From Salpingoeca rosetta (Eukaryota > Protista > Choanoflagellata): DNA of 64,000 bases. The notes under the pieces are model-generated. The model was not told where the DNA came from and did no database searches. It worked only from the letters and a program-made list of their open reading frames with translations. The stretch spans positions 913,939 through 977,938 of the forward strand of contig JAWQFM010000002.1 in the NCBI GenBank assembly GCA_033442325.1, given 5' to 3'. Below are positions 12,161 to 27,935 of this stretch, in pieces. The number at the start of each line of letters is the position of its first letter. The first letter of the stretch is position 1. A program made the translations under genes and the position numbers.

Positions 12161-13906
12161 GTCGTCGTCGTCGTCGTCGTCATCATCACCTGCTTGTTCC
12201 GAAGACAAGTGTGCCGCGCGGTGCGTGATCGCGTGTTCATTACCGTGGTCCACACTGCGCCCCATGCTCATCAATGCTGCTCCAACACCTACATCTTCGG
12301 TAACACTGTTGCCAACGGCATCTGCGCGCAACTGTTGTCGCCCCGGAATGTCTGGTGATGTGGCCATCATGACGACGCACGATTCCCCGGCACCGCTGGA
12401 CTGCGACCTCCGGTCCACCTCCTGGTCCTGCTGCTGGTCCTGCTGCTGGTCCTGCTGCTGGTCCTGCTGCTGGTCCTGCTGCTGGTCCTGATGATGATGA
12501 TGATGAGTGGTGGCAACATCGACATGAGCAGCACGGGAAGTGTTGCCAGCGTTGCCAGCGTAGCCGTCGTCGTTGGGATGAGATGTGGCGACGACGGTGA
12601 CCTGCCGCGATGGCCGCGGCCGCGGCTCGTCCGTGTCCTGCGTAAACGGGCCCGCAAGGACACTGCGGAACGCGCGCATGCCAAACAGCATCGCCGCGCC
12701 CACAACGCCTGGAATGACTGCGCTCACGGTCGGGTTTGAGGGCAGAAATAGGGCGTCAAACAGCAGCCAGATCCCGCGCCAGAAGCTAACGCTGCCCACA
12801 GCGATGACAAGAAACCTGTGAAAACCGACACAGCAACAAGTGGATCAGCACCAGGAGCTGCGAAACACACAGTCAGGCGTAAACGGACCCGTAATGCACA
12901 GCAACGCAAACGCACACACGCGCTCAGCAAACTATACAGGTACACACATACTCACACACACGCACACACAAACACAAACGTGCATACAAAAGCTCTCTCT
13001 CTCACGCTCACACACACAAACACACGCAAACACACACACACACACACGCACACACACAAACACACACAAACACACACAAACACACACACACACACACACG
13101 CACACACACACACAAACGCGGCGAGTTGTGTCCACACGCTCCAGAAAATGCCTGCAATAGAACTGTGTGTGTGTGCACGTACCCGACACGGTTGGCCACG
13201 GCTTGCATTGGCTTGCTCAGGTAGAACGTTCGTTTACTTGCGAACCCTAGCACCCATACCTGCTGCACGATGAACCAGAGCAGATACAGTACCCCTCCTG
13301 CAGGCAGCACGCGACATGCACAGGGTGAGACATCGGAGCTCATGCATCGCAGGAATTGTAGTTCCCGTTAAATGCACCCCTCCTCCTCCTCCTCCTCCTC
13401 CTCCTTCTTCTTCTTCTTCTTTTGGAAATAATAGCAATAGCAGGCGCGTACCTAGTACAGTGCTGGCCACAGCTGAGTGAAGTAAGCTATCCGGGTACAA
13501 GTATATGTCCATGAGAAGCCAGAGCGCACGCCTACGGCATTTGCATTGCAGGCGTGTGTATGTGCGTGTGTGTGTGTGTGCACGAGCGTAAGTGACTGTG
13601 TGAGAGTGAAGCAAGCAACTCACATGCGAGCAAGTAAGTGCACGCACACACAACGCGCACGTGTAGACACACATTACACACACATCGCCACATGCACTGC
13701 CACACGCATTCACCTACCCACAAGACACCTGTGACGTACCAAACTGCAACGACGCCAACAGTGACAACTGCAGATAGCACAAAGTCCACACTGTTCAGTG
13801 CAATCACAACAACCATCGGCGCTCCACTTCCACTGCCCTCCGCCCCCTTCGTTCCACCACCACCACCACTCATCCTCCCATCATCACCACCGCCTCCATC
13901 GCCCAT
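11684..13906 (-). CDS. Fuseless-like multi-pass membrane protein with a long poly-Q/D/E tail; probable exons 13906-13740, 13531-13452, 13297-13238, 13151-13118, 12815-11684
   Basis: Two copies of a W-R-[GA]-x-W-x-L-x-D-x3-P unit ([17 protein letters not shown]; [17 protein letters not shown]), each followed by a TM helix, then RSVLAGPF. This pattern resembles the Fuseless family. The start and middle exons are less certain. Confidence 0.65.
11841..12188 (-). repeat. Compound trinucleotide array encoding poly-D, poly-E and poly-Q
   Basis: Minus-strand GAC/GAT, GAG and CAA runs lie in frame within ORF 11684..12799. Confidence 0.9.
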
Positions 13907-14754
13907 CTGCTGCTTTTGTTGTGTGTGGAATGAAATGAAATGACATGAATGAACGTTTGATGTTGTTACATACACAACAACAATAAACACGGTGTGGTGG
14001 ATTCCATGGCACTTTAAAGCCACGCTGAGTCATTTTTGCGCCCGCCTTCTTGTTTGGGTTTGTCGACCAAGCACCCATTTTTCTTCTCTTGCTCTCGGCT
14101 TGCTCTCGGCTTGATCTCTGGACGTTTGCATGGGATCTCACACACACACACACACACACACACACCCACACACACACACACACACCCGAACACCACCAGC
14201 ACGGGCCAAGCCTAATCAACCCTCCTCCTCCCCTCTCTCTTCCCCCCTCTCTTTGGTTGCCTCGAAAGGCATCACATCACCTACACAAACACAAACACAC
14301 ACACACACATCCACGACATTGTTGTTCTTCTTCTCTGATAAGCAATCCGACAGTGCGGACACATCAAATCCCTGTCATTCTCACCAGAGCACTGCGGACA
14401 CATCGACATCGCGTGCGTGCGGTCGACCACAGTTCCTCTTGTCGCGACTGTGAGACAAAGGGACTCACCGTTTTTGTTTCTCCTGTTCTTCTTCTATGGT
14501 TGGGGAGAGACCAGAGGCCATTAACTTTTCCGCCGACACCACCTCTTTCCCATCGATCCGCAACCTTCCACTCCTAGCCACCCCCTTTTTGGGTTGAAGC
14601 CAATCCGGCCGGCCTAGTCGCCTTTGATCAACCCTTTCTCTTGTTGCTCTCTTTCTTTCTTCCTCATCTTTGATCTCTTGCCTCTGTTCTCCAAAAGCCT
14701 TTGAGCCCTCCCTCCACAGAGCACTGCTGCCTTGGCCCCAAATGCACCACCACC

Positions 14755-18881
<4,127 letters not shown>

Positions 18882-19305
18882 ACGCAACACACACACGCGT
18901 ATGCAATGCCGGTGTTGTATGTCTTTGGTTGTGTGTCCTGGTATTGTGTGTGGTGTGTGATCCAATTGTGTGTCGTTGGGTGTATGCATCTTCAATTTAG
19001 GGGAGGAGATGGTGTAGGGAGTAGAGGGTGCTGCTCGTGTAGATGTGTGCGTGTGTGTGTGTATGTGTGTGTGTGTGTGAAAGTGGATATGTTACAAGCA
19101 AGAAGAAGCCAACAAGCGAGCACACCAAGCCAAACAGGAGTGACGATGACTCATCATCCTCGTCGAAAGGAAACTGAAGAAGCAAAGCAAAGGAAGGTGG
19201 TGCATTCTCACACCAGCCAGTGCACGCATCGCGTCTCGCGTTCCTCCTCCTTCCTCTTGCTCTTCCTCTTCTTCTGCTTCGTGCTCTGCTTTTCCTCTGT
19301 GCGAG

Positions 19306-19897
19306 ATGGACACGTCGCACATCAAGAAGGTGTTTGACACGGCAACCAACCATGAACGGGAAGGCCGAACAGCGGTGCGTGTGTTGTCCGAACAAACAAC
19401 CAAACAGAGGCGATGCAACGTGTGACGTCTGTGTGTGTGCTTCTGTTCTGTTTTGTGACGGGCTCTCTGATGGATGCCGCTGCATGCACATAGACTCACT
19501 CCCGCCATTGTGTGTGTGTGCGTATGCGTATGCGTATGTGTATGTGTATGTGCGGTTGGGTCGTGATAGGATGCCATCCAGCTCTATCTTCAGTGTGCAC
19601 AACTTGTGATGCAGCTCCTACACACTGGCTCGGAGCGAGGTGTGCGTTGAGCGCGTATGTGTGCGTGTGTGTCTGCATGCGCGCGCGTGTGCGTATGTAT
19701 TTATGTGTATGTGTGTATTTATGTGTATGTGTGTATATGTATGTATGTGTGCGAGTGTGTGTCTGTGTGTGTCTGTGTGTCGTGGCTTGTTTACAGTGAG
19801 GCAGATGCGCCGTACAGTGTGGGTGGTGTGGCTGAAGGGCAGTGACGCTGCGTTTGCACTGCCACAAACTCACACGAATGCACTTCACGCTTCGCAA

Positions 19898-19978
<81 letters not shown>

Positions 19979-19991
19979 CACACACACACAC

Positions 19992-20029
<38 letters not shown>

Positions 20030-21051
20030 GCACACACACACACACACACACCATCCACACTTACATCTGATGCAGGTGTGCCTTATGGGGACCCGGGTCA
20101 GAGCTCCGTTGGCCAGTGGTATAGCTATATGCGAACGTGCATCAACAAGTCAGAGACGTTGTGGCGGCAACAAGAGAAGGATGCGCACACAACACCACCC
20201 ACCAGCCCCACCAAGACCAGGCCTGCTGCTGCCTTGGGCACGCAGTCGATGCAACCTACGGTGCATCACCCGCGCCAACAGCAGCAGCATCCTCGCCAGC
20301 AACAGCTGCATCGACACGCAACTGCGCCAGCCACGTACACCTCCCCACCTGCACGTACCACTTACTCACAGCGCCGCGTCCCCCGAAACACCAACGCGGT
20401 GCGTGTGTGTGTGTGTGTGTGTGTTTGCGTGTTTGCGTGTGTGTGTGTGTGTCCGCGTGGTGCGCATGTGCGCGTGTCTGCTTGTGTATGTGTGCATGTG
20501 TTTCCGTAGCTGTATGCGGCTGCTTGTTGTGGCTGGGCCACCAATCATGGACTGCTTTCCCTCACGGCGGTGGTGCGTCAACACAATGCATGGACTGCTT
20601 TCCCTCACGGCGGTGGTGCGTCAACACAATGCGGGTGCTCAGCTGCTGCAACAGTTGCGCAAGGAGCACGAGGATCGCTCCATGCAGCAACGAGCACGCG
20701 TGAGTCACACGAAGCACTTGTGTATGTGTGTGTCAGTGTGTATGTGTGTCAGTGTGTATGTGTGTCAGTGTGTGTGTCTGTGTGTCTGTGTGTCTGTGTG
20801 TCTGTGTGTACACGTCCATCCGTCCGTCTGTTTGCCTACCTGCCTTTGTTCGTGGCCCGTCCGTCCGTCCTTTTTGTCCAGCGTTTATTTTCTCATGTGC
20901 AGTCGTCTCTCCTCAACCCCGCTCCCATCGCTGCCATCAGGACCAAGCTGAGCAGCGCATCAAGATCCGGCAACAGACACTCCGGGATGTGTACGAGGAT
21001 CGCGCCCGCCTCCGCGCCGCACCAATGTCAGGCAACCGTGGTCCATGGTCA

Positions 21052-21082
<31 letters not shown>

Positions 21083-24000
21083 ATGTATGTATGTATGTAT
21101 GTATGTATGTATGTGTGTGTGTGTATGTATGTATGTGTATGTGTGTGTGTGTGTGTGCTGAGGATTTCGTTCTCTCACTCTGCGTGTGAGGATGCTTGAT
21201 CGAGAAAGTCACACCGAGTGAGTGCTAATGACTGCGCTCGTTCGTATGCAATGACTCACTGTCTGCCCCTGTCATCCCAACAACCCTCCTGTCTGCCTGC
21301 CTTCTGTCCATCCCATCCACTCTGCTTCCCCTCAACTTGTACCACCAGCACGGTCACGCGTGACTTTATTGAGACGGTGATTGAGTTTGATGCCTCGCCC
21401 GGATCCCCGACATATCGCACACGCGCTGCTCTCAAGCGCTCGCCCCTCACCCGCCGCGTCATCCGCAGGCACATACACGAAGGTCAGCACCTGCGCGCGC
21501 GCGTGTGTGTGCGTGTGCGTGTGCGTGTGCGTGTGCGTGTGCGTGCGTGTGCAGGCATGTCACACGGCGTTCGTTGGCTGAGCGTGTTGGAGATGCCAAA
21601 TGCATCGTTCACATGCACATTGCACCTTTTCCCTGCCCGCATGCACCATAACACCCGGCGCATTTTTTGCCTTTACTTGGCAGTGCTCTCGCACGACGCA
21701 CACCCTGTGACGTTCCGTCTCAACACGGACAAGGCTGCCATGATCCGCAAGTACCACGACCAAGGTGTGTGAGCGCATGGCAGCACCCATCGTGCGGGCG
21801 TCCAATGTGTTGTTTGTTGTTTTGTGCGCACACCAGAAAGCGTTCGTCGGTGTATCACTTACCTCCATCTCTGACCATTCTTCCTCACATGCACTCGACT
21901 GCTGCTGCCCCCTCTTGACCGCAGACCACTACACGTCCTCTCTCATGTCCTCCAATTATGTCCAGAGTAAGTTGAAAGAGTTGGGTTGCTCGCTGTCTGC
22001 TGTCTTGTGCCACTCACTCACTGTCAAGCCAACAAGTGACCCAAGCAATCGCACACGTACTTCTTTCCCATTCACGTACGTACATGTATCACAACAATCA
22101 CGTGTGCACATCCGCACCGCACGCCTGCAGGTCTGCTACGCGACACGCGGGCGCTGATTGACAACGGCATGTCGATGATTCTGTCGGCGTATCCAGAACT
22201 CGAAATGCACACGCACACACACGATGCACAGCAGCAACAACAACAGCAACAGCAGCAACAGCAGCAACAGCAGCAGCAGCAACAGCAACAACAGCAACAG
22301 CAACAACAGCAGCGCATGTCGCAACTGCGAACGCGTGCAGCGACGCTGCTGAACAGGCTTGGTCGGGGAAGTGTGGATGGAGAAGGAATGGGCATGTCAG
22401 CACACACGCACACGCCCTCGCAGGCGACCGGCAGGAAGGACCCGTTTGCTGGTGATGCGAGCGATGATGACGGTGATGGCGACGATGGTGACGATGGTGG
22501 AGAGGATGAGCGCGCAGCCGATGCTGGCGATGATGATGATGAGTGGGACGTCAATGAAGTCGTGCGAGAGCAGCTGGAGGCCTTTGTGTTTGACGAATCA
22601 GGTGTGTATGCATGTGTCTGTGTGTGTATCATGTGGTTGTGAAGGAAGGACCACCATGATGACTAGATTATGTGCATTCAGGGTGTGCTTCGCTTTCTCA
22701 CATTGATTGTTTTGTGTGTTGCATCCATCGTTTAGTGTGGGCCACCCTGCGTGTGTTGTCGCCGGAAGATATGCACGTGAAAGAACAGCGTCTTCGTGCA
22801 AAATGCGAGGCCTACATCCCTGTCCCGATTCAGGTGTGTTTGCATCGCTTGTGTCTACACGCACACGTGTGCACAGATATGTGTGTGTGTGTATGTGTGT
22901 GTGTGAACATGCAAGCGATTACGCATGTGTGCAAGCATGACGCCGTGCATTTCTCTGGCTGACATTGACACTGCACGTGTACACTGTGTGCGCAGGAAAG
23001 TCTGCTGAGCGACAACCTTCGCCTCCTCCCCGATCCCGAACACCCACCTCCGGTAAGCACGTACCACCACCACTGCCCATCACCACAGGCATTGCCATCA
23101 CCACTGTCACTCACATGTCCTCCTCTTCTTCCTCCCTCGCCTGCGATTCGTGGATGGTTCCGACAAGGGCTTTGAGCCGTACAGCGCAGCCGTTTCGCTG
23201 CTGCATCACATGCCGGCCGCCTATTCCCCGACGAAGAAGGCCAAGGTCCTCTGCGATGTCGCCCAGGCAGCCGTCGATGCCGTCGAAGCATTTGCAAAGC
23301 ACCACAAGGACAAGGTAGTTTGTGCGGGAAAGGGTGTGAAGACTGGATGTGTTTGTGCGTGTCGTTGTATGAGTGGGCTCGTAGGTGAGTGGGTGCGCGT
23401 GTGAGGATGAGCTTGTGTGTGTCTGCGTGTCTGCGTGTGTGTGTGTGTGTGTGTGTGTGTGAGCGTGAGGCTTCCATGTGGAACATGTGCGTGCGCCTTG
23501 AAAATGTGCTGTAGCCTTGTGTGCTGGTTCTCATGCTGACGTCAATCGGCGCTGTGTTGGCTGGTTGCACGTTCTCGCGTCTGCAGACGAGCGCTGTGTC
23601 GTGCGATGTGCTGCTGAGCATCATGGAGCACGTCGTGCTGAAGAGCGGGAGATTTGCGTTCTTGTATGAAATATTCGGCATGGTGGGTGTTGTTTTCCCA
23701 AGAACATGTTGCTTGTGCGTGTGCGTGTGCGTGTGTGTGTGTGTGTGCGTGTGTGCGCGCGTGTGTGTGCTTGTGTTCTCTCTCCCTCTCTCCTCCTCCT
23801 CCTCCTCCTCCTCCTCCTCCTCCTCCTCCTTCTCCTCCTCCTCCTCCTTCTCTTTCTCCTTCCCTGTCTGCGCGTGTTTGCACTTGCACATCCGTGCGCT
23901 GCTGCTTGTTGCCCTGGGCTTCTCTTGGGGGTTTGCATGCTCACACCGCGCACTGCACCGCATATGTCTTGTTCCTCCCAACAGCAAGAATTTATCGATC

Positions 24001-24280
24001 CGTCTCTCTTGAAGGGCCAAGAAGGCTTCATCCTCTGCACGTTTGCCATTATCGGTACAGTTTGATGATGATGATGATGATGATGATGGCAATGAAGTGG
24101 CATGCGCATGTGGTGGTCGTACACGATGGTGCGTACATGCGTGCGTGCCAGCGACGTGCGCGCGCACATAGAGAATGCACCACTCTCTTATCCGTTGCCA
24201 GCTCATAAGATGCTCGTTGTCATTGCTTCCGTGCAACGTACAGTGGACCAGCTCACGCAAGAGCCCAACCCAGACCCAAC

Positions 24281-24349
<69 letters not shown>

Positions 24350-24548
24350 TGATGGCGTTGACGAGAGCAACACAGACGACGCGACCACCCACCAACACGG
24401 GGAAACAGATGAACAACAGGATGACCCGCCCATCAGAGATGAAGAAATCTGGACGCAACAAGCCAACAATGACAACGACGATGACGACAAGGAAGACAAG
24501 GAAGACAAGAAAGACAAGGAAGACGCGCCAACAGCCGACAACCAGTAG
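19306..24548 (+). CDS. VPS9D1: VPS9D1-like Rab5-family GEF (MIT-like N-terminus, coiled coil, VPS9 domain); many exons
   Basis: Spliced segments [23 protein letters not shown]|[22 protein letters not shown]...ALKRSP...[18 protein letters not shown]...[28 protein letters not shown] and [20 protein letters not shown] follow the order of animal VPS9D1 motifs. Some internal splice sites are uncertain. Confidence 0.78.
20546..20632 (+). repeat. Exact 43-bp tandem duplication
   Basis: catggactgctttccctcacggcggtggtgcgtcaacacaatg occurs at 20546 and again at 20589. Confidence 0.95.
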
Positions 24549-24705
24549 TCGAGCGCCTCTTTGTCTGTCTGTCTGTTGCTTGGCTTGAATGTTATGTGCT
24601 CCATAAACAACTTTCTACAACGGCGACCCACACAAACACCACAACAACAACAGCACACCACTCTGCTCTTGCCTGTTAGTTTGCTGTTCCAACACAACGA
24701 CGAAG

Positions 24706-24912
24706 ATGGCTGACGGGGAGACTGGTTATGTTGGCTGGGTTGACGGCGAAGGGTCCCGGATCATTGTGCCGGCTGCTTCAATGAAGTGCATTATCAAGCG
24801 CGAGGATGGCACGTTCTTCGTGTCATGCCGGGACAACATCAAGGACCAGGATGTCAAGGAGCTGAACGTCTTCAAGAGCCTGGAGGATGCATACGTTTGG
24901 ATGACACACTGA
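24706..24912 (+). CDS. Small hypothetical protein (68 aa)
   Basis: High-complexity ORF with C/G-ending codon bias and an A/C-rich leader (acaacgacgaagATGG) like neighbouring genes. No family recognised; it may have further 3' exons. Confidence 0.55.
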   Translation: MADGETGYVGWVDGEGSRIIVPAASMKCIIKREDGTFFVSCRDNIKDQDVKELNVFKSLEDAYVWMTH

Positions 24913-25826
24913 TCCGTCCTAGTTTCTATTGTGGATCATATGCTCCTCACAACTCAAGCGAAGGTGCACAAGTGAGCGAGCGTTCGAACGCTTGCGCCTC
25001 CATATACATTGAAACCCCTCCCGCTCTTCCCCTCTTCTTGACCCATGATCGTGTCCCTTTGGCTCACACATGCAACACCTTGGTTGTCCTTCCTATTCCC
25101 TCCTTTGCTTGTGGCCTCACTCAGGTGTAATCAGAACCGGGTTTTCGCACCCAAGCCTTCCTCTCTTCCTTTGTTTTCTTTCTTCAATCACATCGATTGG
25201 CTCGCTCGTTTGTTTCCCTTGTTGCATCGGCACATCTTGCTTGCTTGACCGATGCGGTCGTGGTTGTGCGTGTGCACGTGCGTGTGTGTGTGTGTGGTTT
25301 TGCACATACTCCAAGTACAAACACCCGACTCGACACATCAGCCCGGCTGACTCAGTTAGCAGTCGTGTGTGTGTGTGTTTGTGTCTGCTGTGCTTTGTAT
25401 TCCATGCACGACGTAGCTGGGAGGCGCATAGAAGGCGAGCAGCGACGTGTTGTATAGCAGCCGAGAGACGAAGAGTACACTGGTAAAGCTCAAGCAACGA
25501 GAGAGAGAGAGAGAGAGAAAAGAACGAGGAGGGACGCAAGGGGATCGGGTGGCAACTCCACCCTTGCTACACTACAGCAGGGACACCCACGGCACAAAAC
25601 AAGTCAGGCTACCTCACAAACATGCGTTGTGGGGAAGCACACAATACAACCACGCGCTGTGCACATCGCGAGCAAGGGTTTGATGATATGTACAGAGCTG
25701 CACGGCGCGAGGACAATAGGAGAGGGAATGAAGAGGGGTATCGCGGGTGTGTTGAGGTGCAACCGGGTGCAGTTGTCACGAACATGAGCACGATCACATG
25801 TCGAAGACACGGAGTCTTGTTTTTTC

Positions 25827-26101
<275 letters not shown>

Positions 26102-26104
26102 TGG

Positions 26105-27295
26105 TTACTTGGGCAGCTCAGTTTTGCTGCTGCTGTTGCTGTCCTGGGGAGCTGGGTAGTTGAGACGGCAGTGATTATAGAGGAACACGCCAAAGACAAC
26201 CGTCACCATACCCGCGCCGCTGAGGAAGGAGATTTCGTTACCAAACCAGAGAATGGAGAGGAAGATGAGGAGGGCGCGCTTGACGGTGTTGGCGACGCTC
26301 TGGGAGACCGGGGTGAGCAGGCTCATGGTGAAGTACGCGGTGACGCTCTGCAAGTGGTAGAACACGGCGTCGATGAGGATCATGATCCAGATGTTCCCGG
26401 GGATGCTGGCGGACTTGAGCTCCGGCGCCAGCGTGTAGAGAAGCACGGGGAGTTGCAAGATGGCCGCTGCGGCGCTGGTGTAGAACTGCAGCTGCACCGG
26501 CGTCATGCTCTTGAGCAAGTGCTTGCTGAAGACGTTCTGGATGCAGTCGATGACATTGTTGGCGACGGCGGCCAGAAAGCCGATGGTGTTGAAGGAGAGC
26601 TCCGTTGCACTGCACAGCGCGAGGCCGAGCATGACCGGCAGCAGGGAGACGTTGACTTGCCACGACGTGCGCTGCCGCAGGATGACCTGGGCAAAGATGA
26701 CGGTGAAGAAGGGCGCGCTGCTCTTGATGGTTTCTGTGAAGCTGACGGCGACGTTTGCCAGGGAGATCAAGCCAAAGAGCACGGTCAGGCCGCGCATGAC
26801 GCCGACGAAGATCATGTCCCGCCAGAACGTGTTGTAGGGGCGCACGGCGCTTGTAATCTCGTTTGGCTTGGGCGAGGTGCGTGTGCCGAGCACATGCGCA
26901 ATGGCGGAGGGGCCGTACACCTTGGCGGCGCCCAGCACGGCGGTCATGATCATCTGCGTGATGCCGAGCACATACTTGTTCCCGCCCTCGGACGACAGGA
27001 TGATCTTGTTCATGAACAGCGTGATGAGGCTGCAGAAGTACCACGAGCCCATCCAGAACAGCAGCGGCAAGCTGAAGCTGTCGTCCTTGGTGCCGCCGCC
27101 GCCACTACTGCTGCCACTGCCTCCTCCCCTGCTGCGCGCCACTTTGATGCCGGGCGGCGGTTGCGGCATGCTGGCCAGCGCAGCACTGCTCAAGCCACCC
27201 TGTTGCTGGTGGTGGTGGTGATGGTACTGATGGTGGTGATGGTGCGGCATCGGCACTGTCGCAGTCGCCGTCGCCGAGGAAGGCAAGGAGGACAT
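26105..27295 (-). CDS. SLC35E2: SLC35E2-like triose-phosphate/nucleotide-sugar transporter family protein, intronless
   Basis: WYFCSLITLFMNKIIL, GLISLANVAVSFTETIKSSAPFFTV, DCIQNVFSKHLL, SQSVANTVKRALLIFLSILWFGN, with about 9-10 TM segments. ATG at 27295 has an accATG context. Confidence 0.92.
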   Translation of the reverse strand: MSSLPSSATATATVPMPHHHHHQYHHHHHQQQGGLSSAALASMPQPPPGIKVARSRGGGSGSSSGGGGTKDDSFSLPLLFWMGSWYFCSLITLFMNKIILSSEGGNKYVLGITQMIMTAVLGAAKVYGPSAIAHVLGTRTSPKPNEITSAVRPYNTFWRDMIFVGVMRGLTVLFGLISLANVAVSFTETIKSSAPFFTVIFAQVILRQRTSWQVNVSLLPVMLGLALCSATELSFNTIGFLAAVANNVIDCIQNVFSKHLLKSMTPVQLQFYTSAAAAILQLPVLLYTLAPELKSASIPGNIWIMILIDAVFYHLQSVTAYFTMSLLTPVSQSVANTVKRALLIFLSILWFGNEISFLSGAGMVTVVFGVFLYNHCRLNYPAPQDSNSSSKTELPK

Positions 27296-27528
27296 GGTGG
27301 CAAGTCGTGCTGGAGTGGTGGCGGTGGCTGGAGTAGTTAGTTGCCTTGCGATGGGCCGATGCGGCGGCGTCGTGGGTGGCGGGAAGGCAAAGGCACAGCA
27401 AAGCAAAGCACTGTGCGTGAGTTTTGTGGGCGGAACCACGCAGCAGAAAAACGACTAAGAGCGTTGTTGTTGTTGTGCTTGTGACAACACACTCTTGTTT
27501 GCTTGGCTTCGCTTCTTGTTCTTATTCT

Positions 27529-27572
<44 letters not shown>

Positions 27573-27935
27573 TATCCACTTGTACTGGTGTCTTGTATTG
27601 GAACAGACACACAGCAGCAGAGAAGAGAAGAGAGGTGTGGGGGGAAACGAAGAAAAAAGAGACAATCAATCATCATGCCACCACTCGTCCAATCCATCCA
27701 TTGTTAAGCGAGCAAGCAAGAAGCGAGCCAGCCAACACGATCCCATCCATGGTCAAGCTACCAAATGCAACGAGAAACGACGCTAGAAGAAACCAAGAGA
27801 CATCGAAACGGGGCAGTCACACACAAGAGGGAGGAGAAAAAAGGCAGGGGAAGAGGGACGCGAGCATAACAGGAGGAAGAGGTGTTGTGTTGGTTGAGGG
27901 CATGTAAGGGGAGTAGGTGGGTGGGGTGGAGCTGC

